Assembly: GCA_964412685.1 (NCBI GenBank)
Contig: CAYPPS010000001.1
Span: 11,835 to 65,649, forward strand
Source: an uncultured Gammaproteobacteria bacterium
GTDB lineage: Bacteria > Patescibacteriota > Microgenomatia > PFEM01 > CAYPPS01
Direction of reading: 5' to 3'
Length of the DNA stretch: 53,815 bases
Both the position numbers and the translations under genes were made by a program. The notes under the pieces were generated by a model. It was given only the letters and a program-made list of their open reading frames with translations, had not been told where the DNA came from and did not search any database. Below, piece after piece: positions 19,296-25,867 of the stretch (position 1 is the stretch's first letter; the number at the start of each line of letters is the position of its first letter).

Positions 19296-19643
19296 GTGCT
19301 GCCAGAAAAAAAGGAAATTCTTCCTTCTCATCCCCAAGAAAAACCATTAGTTTCAGAACGGTTAGTAGTGCCGGAAGTTCCGAAACAGGTTGAAGCCGAA
19401 GAATCGGCCGGAGCGGATTTGCAGTTTAAAAAGCCAGTTCTGGATCCCGCTGGTCAGACTTTGCTTTCTTCGGCTCAACCTCAACAAGTGAAAATAACCT
19501 TACCATTGACTCACAAACAACTTCATCACGCTTTAAAGCAGCGAGTTGGTTTTGCTGCTCGTTGGCTGGGAGAACAAGTAATGCGCTTAGTTAAAATAAG
19601 ATCCCGGCAATTTATTTACCAAATGCCAAAATCTAAAGGTTAA
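19296..19643 (+). CDS. hypothetical protein (Pro/Gln-rich, GTG start)
   Basis: 115-aa ORF packed between nrdJ and the ATPase gene. No recognisable motif. Confidence 0.45.
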   Translation: MLPEKKEILPSHPQEKPLVSERLVVPEVPKQVEAEESAGADLQFKKPVLDPAGQTLLSSAQPQQVKITLPLTHKQLHHALKQRVGFAARWLGEQVMRLVKIRSRQFIYQMPKSKG

Positions 19644-19648
19644 TATAA

Positions 19649-21991
19649 ATGAATCAACTTTCTTTAACTAATGTTTTTTCCCAACTGGGCTATTGGCTTG
19701 TTCTGGGTTCACTTTTGTTGGTTTGCTTGGGCGGCTTAGCTGCTTTGGCTTACGGATTGGTAATTTGGTATCGCCATCGGAATCGGGAAAAACAATCATT
19801 AGAATACGTTTTGCTCCAAGTTTCTGTGCCTGCCAACAATGAAGTTAAAATTGATGCGGCGGAACAGATGTTTGCTTCTTTGAGTTCTCTAAAAAAAGGT
19901 GGCTTTTTAAAATTTTTGAACCTCCAACCTCATTTTACTTTGGAAATTGTTGCCAAGAATGAGGATATTCGTTTTTATGTTTCGGTTCACAAAAAGATCA
20001 GAGACATGATGGAAAAACAAATTAACGCCGCTTATCCCAGTGCCGAAGTGATTGAGGTGCCCGAATATAGTATTTTTAGCCCCAATGGTCGAGTTGCCTT
20101 CACGGAATTGGAGATGAAGGATTCAAGTTTCCGCCCCTTGAATAGTTATCGAGATTTACCAACTGACCCGCTTTCGGGGATAACCTCGGCGATGGCCAAA
20201 CTGGCTGAAGGCGAATCAGCCGTTGTTCAAATCGTTGTTTCGGCCGCGGACAGTAAATGGCGTTCATTGGGAAAAGGTTTTATTTCTAAAACCAAAAAGG
20301 ATGAATCCGATCCGGAAAAAGCCAGTTTTAAAGTAGACGCGAAAACCTTGGAAGCGATTGAAAATAAGACCGGCAAACCGGGTTTTGAAGTGGCGGTTCG
20401 TTTGGTTGTTTGTTCTGACTCGATTGAATCCGCGAAAGCTCAGTTGAGTAATTTGAAGAGTGCTTTTACTCAATTTAATTCTAGTTATAATCGTTTAGGG
20501 TCGAGAAAAATTTGGATAAAGAGTGCTTTTATGATTGATTTCATTTATCGTTATCAATCAATTGTTCGCTTGGGAACTAAAGAGACGGTTCTTAGTAGTG
20601 AGGAATTGGCAACGATTTTTCACTTTCCTAACAAGTTTGTGGAAACACCTCATATTCATTGGATTTATTCTCGACGAGCACCAGCGCCACCGGAAATACC
20701 CAAATCCGGTCTTCTTTTGGGCCGGAGTGTTTTTAGAGGGACTAGCCGACCAGTTTTTTTGAGTGAAAAAGACCGTCGTCGCCACTCTTATATCATTGGT
20801 CGAACCGGAACTGGCAAATCTGAGTTGATGCGAGAAATGATTCTCCAAGACATCAACGCCGGTCGGGGAGTTTGTTTGATCGACCCTCATGATTTGGCGG
20901 AAGATATTCTCCACTTTATTCCTCCGGAAAGGGCCAAAGATGTAATTTATTTTGATCCTTCCGATACCGAGAGGCCAATGGGACTTAACCTCTTGGAAGC
21001 GGAAACGGAAGACCAGAAACACTTTGTCGCCACATCAATCATTAACTTGATGTATAAACTTTTCGATCCTTATAAAACGGGAATTGTCGGGCCTCGATTT
21101 GAGCACGCGGTTAGAAACTCGATGTTGACGGTGATGGAACAAAAAGGAGCGACTTTTGTTGAGCTTTACCGAGCGCTCCAAGACCCAGCTTATGTTCAGG
21201 AATTGTTGCCGTTGGTAAAAGATCCGTTGGTGAAAAGATATTGGACGGATCAAATCGCCCGAACGAACGAATTCCATAAATCGGAAACTTTAGATTACAT
21301 TGTTTCCAAGTTCGGCCGATTTGTCGGCAACAAAATGATACGTAACATTATTGGCCAGTCAAAATCAGCCTTTGATTTTAGAGAAGTGATGGATGAAGGC
21401 AAGATTTTAATTATTAATTTAGCCAAAGGCAAGATTGGAGAGGAAAACTCTTCCTTTATAGGTTTAGTTTTGGTACCTAGAATTTTACTTGCCGCAATGA
21501 GTCGAACGGATATTCCCGAGGAACAACGGCGAGATTTTTATCTTTATGTTGATGAGTTCCAAAATTTTGCCACTCCCGATTTCGCTCAAATTCTCTCTGA
21601 GGCGAGAAAATATAAGCTTAATTTGACGGTTGCCAACCAATTTGTTGGTCAGATGGAAGAAGAAGTCAAAGATGCCATCTTTGGTAACGTGGGAACGAAA
21701 ATTTCTTTCCAAATTGGAGTCAATGACGCTAATTACCTACAACAAGAGTATCAACCCGCCTTCTCGGAGGAAGACTTAATTAATATCGAGCGCTTTCACG
21801 CTTACGTTAAGACCATTGTCAGGGGAGAGCCGGTGCCAGCGTTCAGTATTGACACCACCAAAGATATGAATGAGCTCGCAAAAATGAAGGATCCAAAAAT
21901 TGCCAAGATGATCAAAGATCTTTCTCGATTTAGGTACGGTCGTGATCGAGAAGTGGTTGAAGCGGAAATAACCGAACGAGCCAAGCTTTAA
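19649..21991 (+). CDS. membrane-anchored P-loop ATPase, VirD4/TraG/TraD-like (type IV coupling-protein-like)
   Basis: 780 aa. N-terminal TM helix, Walker A GRTGTGKS and Walker B-like FYLYVDEFQNF. Confidence 0.65.
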   Translation: MNQLSLTNVFSQLGYWLVLGSLLLVCLGGLAALAYGLVIWYRHRNREKQSLEYVLLQVSVPANNEVKIDAAEQMFASLSSLKKGGFLKFLNLQPHFTLEIVAKNEDIRFYVSVHKKIRDMMEKQINAAYPSAEVIEVPEYSIFSPNGRVAFTELEMKDSSFRPLNSYRDLPTDPLSGITSAMAKLAEGESAVVQIVVSAADSKWRSLGKGFISKTKKDESDPEKASFKVDAKTLEAIENKTGKPGFEVAVRLVVCSDSIESAKAQLSNLKSAFTQFNSSYNRLGSRKIWIKSAFMIDFIYRYQSIVRLGTKETVLSSEELATIFHFPNKFVETPHIHWIYSRRAPAPPEIPKSGLLLGRSVFRGTSRPVFLSEKDRRRHSYIIGRTGTGKSELMREMILQDINAGRGVCLIDPHDLAEDILHFIPPERAKDVIYFDPSDTERPMGLNLLEAETEDQKHFVATSIINLMYKLFDPYKTGIVGPRFEHAVRNSMLTVMEQKGATFVELYRALQDPAYVQELLPLVKDPLVKRYWTDQIARTNEFHKSETLDYIVSKFGRFVGNKMIRNIIGQSKSAFDFREVMDEGKILIINLAKGKIGEENSSFIGLVLVPRILLAAMSRTDIPEEQRRDFYLYVDEFQNFATPDFAQILSEARKYKLNLTVANQFVGQMEEEVKDAIFGNVGTKISFQIGVNDANYLQQEYQPAFSEEDLINIERFHAYVKTIVRGEPVPAFSIDTTKDMNELAKMKDPKIAKMIKDLSRFRYGRDREVVEAEITERAKL

Positions 21992-22021
21992 AAAAACCGC
22001 TTGTTTTAGTAGAATATGAGC

Positions 22022-22094
22022 GGGCCGGTAGCTCAGCGGTTAGAGCACTGCTCTTATAAGGCAGGGGTCGCTGGTTCAAATCCAGCCCGGCCTA
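22022..22094 (+). tRNA. tRNA-Ile, anticodon TAT (UAU)
   Basis: Hand-folded cloverleaf. Acceptor GGGCCGG/CCGGCCT, D arm GCTC-AGCGGTTA-GAGC, anticodon arm CTGCT-CTTATAA-GGCAG, T arm GCTGG-TTCAAAT-CCAGC. CCA is not encoded. Confidence 0.85.
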
Positions 22095-22144
22095 CAAACA
22101 GAACGAACGCTTCAATGTTTGTGGGATAAGTCCAAAAAAGCTTT

Positions 22145-23008
22145 TTAGAGTTCTTCTAATTTTTCGCTTGAGGAAACTTTGTCTTTAATAAATTCCAAAT
22201 ATTTTTCGGTGGTGGAGAGTCTTTTGTGGCCAACAACTTGTTGGAGTCGTACCGGGGAAGTCCCAGCCATTAGTTGATGAGCAATAAAAGTATGTCTTAG
22301 ATCGTTGACGGTCACGTTTTTGACTCCTGCTAGCCTAAAGTAACGATCAATGGCGGAACGAATGTTTCTGACATTCATGGCTCGGTGATTTTTAGTGACA
22401 AAAATAGTTTGTGCTTTTGATTTTGGCCGATGATCTAAATAGCGCTCCAGCGCCTTTTTGGCTGAAGAATTTAAGGGAACTTTTCTTAACGGTTGAGCCT
22501 CACAAGCTTGAATCGTGATATCTTTTTCGTCAATGTTTTCAAACTCTAATCTGGCCAATTCACCGATACGCATTCCGGTTTGAAGTAGAATTTCAATCAC
22601 GGCTGCCATTCGAGGATCATTCCTAACCGTGTCTCTCAAAGCGCGGTATTCCATCTTGGTTAGAATTCGAGGAGGATTGGTGGTAAATTTTGGATGGGCA
22701 ACGCTAATAGCAGGATCGTTCTCAATCGTCTTGATGCTGACTAAATAACGGAAGAAAGCTTTGATGGAATTAAGCTTTCTGGAAACTGACTTGGGAGTAT
22801 ATTTTTTTTCTTCCAACAAAAATTTTTTGAAATCATTGATTAAGTCCGAGGTAACCCGATCAACCAAATCGACATTTTTTTCCGCCAAAAAACTGGCAAA
22901 CTGAGAGAGATCGTTGCCATATGCTAGGATAGTGTAAGAAGAACGCTTATCTTTTTTTAAATTCTCGACAAACTTTTCTCGACCGGTGCTTAAATTTAAA
23001 GGTGACAT
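22145..23008 (-). CDS. tyrosine-type site-specific recombinase/integrase (XerC/D family)
   Basis: 287 aa with an N-terminal SAM-like domain. Catalytic contexts GMRIGELARL (Arg), LRHTFIAHQL (HxxR) and GHKRLSTTEKY (Tyr). Confidence 0.88.
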   Translation of the reverse strand: MSPLNLSTGREKFVENLKKDKRSSYTILAYGNDLSQFASFLAEKNVDLVDRVTSDLINDFKKFLLEEKKYTPKSVSRKLNSIKAFFRYLVSIKTIENDPAISVAHPKFTTNPPRILTKMEYRALRDTVRNDPRMAAVIEILLQTGMRIGELARLEFENIDEKDITIQACEAQPLRKVPLNSSAKKALERYLDHRPKSKAQTIFVTKNHRAMNVRNIRSAIDRYFRLAGVKNVTVNDLRHTFIAHQLMAGTSPVRLQQVVGHKRLSTTEKYLEFIKDKVSSSEKLEEL

Positions 23009-23016
23009 TCTAGCTT

Positions 23017-23025
23017 ATAATAACA
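23017..23025 (-). promoter_or_regulatory. extended -10 element (TGtTATTAT) 8 nt upstream of the recombinase ATG
   Basis: The minus strand reads agTGtTATTATaagctagaATG, with no SD. Confidence 0.4.
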
Positions 23026-23076
23026 CTATCCAGGATGAGAGTCAACCAATTTTCGTGCCTATTTTAGGCCTAAATT

Positions 23077-23421
23077 ATGAGGAAAAAATTTCTTAAAATT
23101 CTGGCTTTTTTTATCGGGGTATGTCTTATAATTAGCTTATCTCGGAGTATCTACCAGCTCCTTCAGGCAGGACAGCAATTAGGCCAAACTGAAGAAAAGC
23201 TGGCGAAACTGGAGAGAGACAGAGAAGAGCTTTTTGAGCAAAAAACTTATCAAGAAACTCGATTTTTCATCGAAAAAGAAGCGAGAGAAAAACTGAATTT
23301 AAGTTATCCCGGCGAAGCAGTTGTCATTCTTCCGGACGAAAAAGAATTGATTAAACAAGTTCAGGACTTTCAGGCCAAAACACTTCCCAATTACCAACGT
23401 TGGCTCAATCTTTTCATCTAA
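23077..23421 (+). CDS. septum formation initiator (FtsB/DivIC-like)
   Basis: 114 aa. N-terminal TM helix, coiled-coil, and the conserved tail EKEAREKLNLSYPGEAVVIL. Confidence 0.7.
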   Translation: MRKKFLKILAFFIGVCLIISLSRSIYQLLQAGQQLGQTEEKLAKLERDREELFEQKTYQETRFFIEKEAREKLNLSYPGEAVVILPDEKELIKQVQDFQAKTLPNYQRWLNLFI

Positions 23422-23427
23422 ATTTTC

Positions 23428-23456
23428 TTGTCATTTGAAGCTAGTTTTGCTAGAAT
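23428..23456 (+). promoter_or_regulatory. promoter of the tRNA cluster
   Basis: TTGTCA, 17 nt, then TAGAAT preceded by TGc (extended -10). It ends 16 nt before the first tRNA. Confidence 0.6.
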
Positions 23457-23472
23457 GATTCTTGGCTTGATA

Positions 23473-23542
23473 TGCGGGGTAGTGTACGGCTGCACGCGAG
23501 GCTCATAATCTTGCAGACTAGGTTCAACTCCTAGCCCCGCAA
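23473..23542 (+). tRNA. tRNA with CAT anticodon (elongator Met or Ile2-type), short D loop
   Basis: Acceptor TGCGGGG/CCCCGCA, U8, D arm GTGT-ACGGCT-GCAC, anticodon arm CGAGG-CTCATAA-TCTTG, T arm CTAGG-TTCAACT-CCTAG. The boundaries are less certain than for the other tRNAs. Confidence 0.6.
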
Positions 23543-23553
23543 CTAAATTTTAA

Positions 23554-23627
23554 GGCAGGGTAGCTCAGTCGGTTAGAGCGTTGGATTCATAAACCAAAGG
23601 TCGTGGGTTCAACTCCCACCCCTGCTA
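23554..23627 (+). tRNA. tRNA with CAT anticodon (Met or Ile2-type)
   Basis: Acceptor GGCAGGG/CCCTGCT, D arm GCTC-AGTCGGTTA-GAGC, anticodon loop TTCATAA, T arm GTGGG-TTCAACT-CCCAC. Confidence 0.8.
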
Positions 23628-23642
23628 CTTTTGTAAAGTTTT

Positions 23643-23713
23643 AGGGGCGTGGTTAAATGGTATAACAGCAGTCTCCAAAACTGCTATTGGGGGTTCGATT
23701 CCCTCCGCCCCTG
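23643..23713 (+). tRNA. tRNA-Trp, anticodon CCA
   Basis: Acceptor AGGGGCG/CGCCCCT, anticodon arm CAGCA-GTCTCCAAAAC-TGCTA with loop CTCCAAA, T loop GGTTCGATTCC. Confidence 0.85.
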
Positions 23714-23726
23714 CAAATTAGCCTCA
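23708..23726 (+). repeat. repeat copy R0: tRNA-Trp 3' end plus flank (CCCCTGCAAATTAGCCTCA)
   Basis: This is the reference copy of a motif that recurs in direct orientation at 24350, 24809 and 25687. Confidence 0.8.
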
Positions 23727-23751
23727 GATGATATACTTCTTTTATAGTTAG

Positions 23752-24318
23752 ATGGAAAATAGCGAATTTGAAATATCTGTTAACCTTAAGGGTTTTCCTT
23801 TAAGATTTAAAACAACTCATGACCTTTTCTCTTACGGGGAAATAGATGGGGGAACAAAACTTCTCATAGATAATTTAAAAATGTCTGATGGCTTTACTTG
23901 TCTTGATTTGGGTTGTGGGTATGGTGCTATTGGAATCACAATGGCTAAGCTGAATCCAAAAAGCACGGTCTATTTGGTAGACAAAGATTTGGTCGCAATT
24001 GAGTATGCAAGAAAAAACTGTGAACTAAACGGTCTCTCGAATTGCAGGGTTATTCTCAGTAATGGATTTAGCCATATTAAAGACGTTAAATTTGACGTTG
24101 TTGTTTCCAATTTGCCGACTCACGTTTCAAAAGAAACAAGAACACAGTTTTTCAGAGACGCTCAGAAACAACTCAATCAAGATGGAAAAATATATGTTGT
24201 TACCGTAAACAAAGTAAGACCATATATTCAGAAGGTTTTCCAAGAGGTTTTTGGCAACTACTCCAAGGTTGCGTACAGTAAAACCCACACTGTCTCTTCA
24301 ACACAAAAAAACGTCTAG
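23752..24318 (+). CDS. class I SAM-dependent methyltransferase (RsmC/MTS-domain-like)
   Basis: 188 aa with motif I LDLGCGYGAIG and motif IV-like VVSNLPTH. Confidence 0.75.
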   Translation: MENSEFEISVNLKGFPLRFKTTHDLFSYGEIDGGTKLLIDNLKMSDGFTCLDLGCGYGAIGITMAKLNPKSTVYLVDKDLVAIEYARKNCELNGLSNCRVILSNGFSHIKDVKFDVVVSNLPTHVSKETRTQFFRDAQKQLNQDGKIYVVTVNKVRPYIQKVFQEVFGNYSKVAYSKTHTVSSTQKNV

Positions 24319-24349
24319 TGAGCAAGGGCCTTAGGGCTTTTCCGGTAGA

Positions 24350-24390
24350 AAGTTCTGACATCTTTCACTAGTCCCTGCATTTTAGCCTCA
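24350..24390 (+). repeat. repeat copy R1 (AAGTTCTGACATCTTTCACTAGTCCCTGCATTTTAGCCTCA)
   Basis: Direct repeat. Its 3' half matches the tRNA-Trp end and flank, and the whole length matches R2. Confidence 0.8.
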
Positions 24391-24407
24391 AACAATTATA
24401 TCTGACT

Positions 24408-24452
24408 GTCAAAAACTGAAGAAAATAGCAATTTATACCAGTTACTATTTTC
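24408..24452 (-). terminator. candidate intrinsic terminator of the 98-aa ORF
   Basis: The minus strand reads GAAAATAG, a 16-nt loop, CTATTTTC, then TTCAGTTTTT. The stem is AU-rich. The 5' arm begins in the stop codon. Confidence 0.4.
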
Positions 24453-24747
24453 AGTCTCTACCTGATTTTTTATCCATTTCTGGCCCAATTATTTGATATG
24501 CACCACAAGAATCACCTTTGTAATACTGACAGCGGCGGCCTTTACTTTCATATATTATCCTCAACCCACATTTACTGTGGGGCATTCTTACTGGACATAT
24601 AATTGCCTTCTTGAATGTTGGCGTTAATTCTTCTTCAGAAGGAATTATTTGTGCCTCTATTATTGGTCCACCTTCAATTGGTCGGCAATGTAATAATTTA
24701 CCGTTTAATAATAAATCTGGTAATCTTTCCGTGTTCATGAAAAGCAT
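24451..24747 (-). CDS. hypothetical Cys-rich protein (98 aa)
   Basis: ORF with Cys pairs (CPVRMPHSKC ... CQYYKGDSC), suggesting a metal-binding knuckle. No family recognised. Confidence 0.5.
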   Translation of the reverse strand: MLFMNTERLPDLLLNGKLLHCRPIEGGPIIEAQIIPSEEELTPTFKKAIICPVRMPHSKCGLRIIYESKGRRCQYYKGDSCGAYQIIGPEMDKKSGRD

Positions 24748-24808
24748 TATATCTCTTGTGAAGTATTTACAAAAGCATGCTGGTAATCTCGGTAATGTTC
24801 CTGATAAT

Positions 24809-24849
24809 AAGTTCCAACAATGTTCACTAGTCCCTGCAATTTAGCTTTA
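24809..24849 (+). repeat. repeat copy R2 (AAGTTCCAACAATGTTCACTAGTCCCTGCAATTTAGCTTTA)
   Basis: Direct repeat, about 33/41 identical to R1 and about 27/30 identical to R3 over the core. Confidence 0.8.
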
Positions 24850-25027
24850 AAAATGAGTCAAAGCTGATTGATAGTTAAACAAGAAGGCTTGTCGTTTTTT
24901 GAAATTACGAATCTCGTATCTGTTTAAGAACCTTTTTCTTCTACGCAAATAATGAGGCTAAAAGAGAACTATCTCCTGTTCCGTTCAGAAATCCAGTTTC
25001 CCTGTCATGCGCAAAGTTCGAACTAGT

Positions 25028-25582
25028 TCAAGCTAGGGCAACTAGTATCTTCTTTTGCCAATCTCGGTAGGGGTACCTATCTTCACTATTTTTCTTTGCT
25101 AATTGGTCATTTATTTCTATCATTTTCTTAAATCCCTCCAGCGTCGGAGTCCAAATGGGCTGACCTCGCAAGTTACCTAATGGATTCTCTGGGGCAAGCG
25201 AGGAAATATTTTCAATTATATTTAGTTTCCGAAGCAGCTTCTCGGCTTGTTCTATAGTTCCCAACTCTAATCTAAAATCAGGCGAAAGAGACGGATTTTT
25301 AAAAACAACTTTGCCCACTGCGCCTACTTTCCGTGGCGTGTGTTGATACCCATGCTTTTTGATTATCCGAATAAACTTATCTTTTGACTCTTCTTTTATA
25401 AACAAATCAAAATCGCCATGGGCTCTGGTTAATGTTCCATAAAGAGCATCAAGTCCATAACCACCAGTAACCCAGGCTCTAATTCCAAGCCGATGACATT
25501 CTGCAAGAATCACCAATAAAGAATCTAGTTGCCTTAATTGTTCGTCAGAAGGAAGGTAGCTAAAGGCCTTAGATTTTCTCAT
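25028..25582 (-). CDS. nucleotidyltransferase-fold protein (ANT(2'')/Lnu-like)
   Basis: 184 aa. The pol-beta NTase signature is VTGGYGLDALYG...HGDFDLFI (GG...D-x-D). Confidence 0.6.
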   Translation of the reverse strand: MRKSKAFSYLPSDEQLRQLDSLLVILAECHRLGIRAWVTGGYGLDALYGTLTRAHGDFDLFIKEESKDKFIRIIKKHGYQHTPRKVGAVGKVVFKNPSLSPDFRLELGTIEQAEKLLRKLNIIENISSLAPENPLGNLRGQPIWTPTLEGFKKMIEINDQLAKKNSEDRYPYRDWQKKILVALA

Positions 25583-25589
25583 TAACCTA

Positions 25590-25598
25590 ATTCTACCA
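25590..25598 (-). promoter_or_regulatory. extended -10 element (TGgTAGAAT) 7 nt upstream of the NTase ATG
   Basis: The minus strand reads tTGgTAGAATtaggttaATG, with no SD. Confidence 0.45.
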
Positions 25599-25686
25599 AA
25601 GTACCTCTTTTAATAAAATTATCTGGAAAAAGCAGGCCGAAAAGAATAATTCAGAGTTACCAAACCGTCAGAGCTTTCCCGAAACC

Positions 25687-25720
25687 AGGTTCCAACAAAG
25701 TTTACTAGCCCCTGCAAAGA
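25687..25720 (+). repeat. repeat copy R3 (AGGTTCCAACAAAGTTTACTAGCCCCTGCAAAGA)
   Basis: The last direct copy. Similarity ends right after CCCCTGCAA. Confidence 0.75.
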
Positions 25721-25819
25721 CAAATAAAAAGAAGCTCTCAACAAAACTTACCAGCTCTCGCACATATACATATGTAGGAGTTTGGGTTTGCGAGGAAGGA
25801 AATATTAAGTGTGAAGGAG

Positions 25820-25856
25820 ATTGCACACCCGGTGTGCAATGTGTTTTTGCTATAAT
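25820..25856 (+). promoter_or_regulatory. trpS promoter region: 9-bp inverted repeat plus extended -10
   Basis: ATTGCACAC-CCG-GTGTGCAAT (25820-25840), followed by GTGTTTT and TGcTATAAT (25848-25856). The ATG is 11 nt downstream. Confidence 0.5.
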
Positions 25857-25867
25857 CTCAATTAAGG

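Noticed and set aside
20558-21022. 154-aa antisense ORF, plus plus-strand and minus-strand ORFs at 20264-20473, 20535-20762 and 21035-21277, inside the VirD4-like gene
   Set aside because: They overlap a long ORF that has Walker motifs, and nothing independent supports them.
22095-23726. Whether a complete integrative element lies between tRNA-Ile and the tRNA cluster
   Set aside because: The interval holds only the recombinase and an ftsB-like core gene. I found no direct repeat of the tRNA-Ile 3' end in the window.
23708-25720. Whether the repeat-bounded single-gene modules form a classical integron cassette array
   Set aside because: The repeats lack the attC architecture: there are no R''/L''-L'/R' inverted cores and no GTTRRRY. 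The nearby recombinase is Xer-sized at 287 aa, with no obvious IntI-specific insertion. Two cassette genes face the wrong way and have their own promoters. I therefore kept it only as an att-repeat or cassette-like array.
24350-25720. Whether the repeated ~30-40-nt motif is a CRISPR array
   Set aside because: There are only three or four copies, the spacing is 460-880 bp and each interval contains a full gene. No cas genes are present.
25857-25867. Whether a T-box leader lies upstream of trpS
   Set aside because: Only about 11 nt separate the -10 from the ATG, whereas a T-box needs about 200 nt. The upstream sequence belongs to the repeat array.
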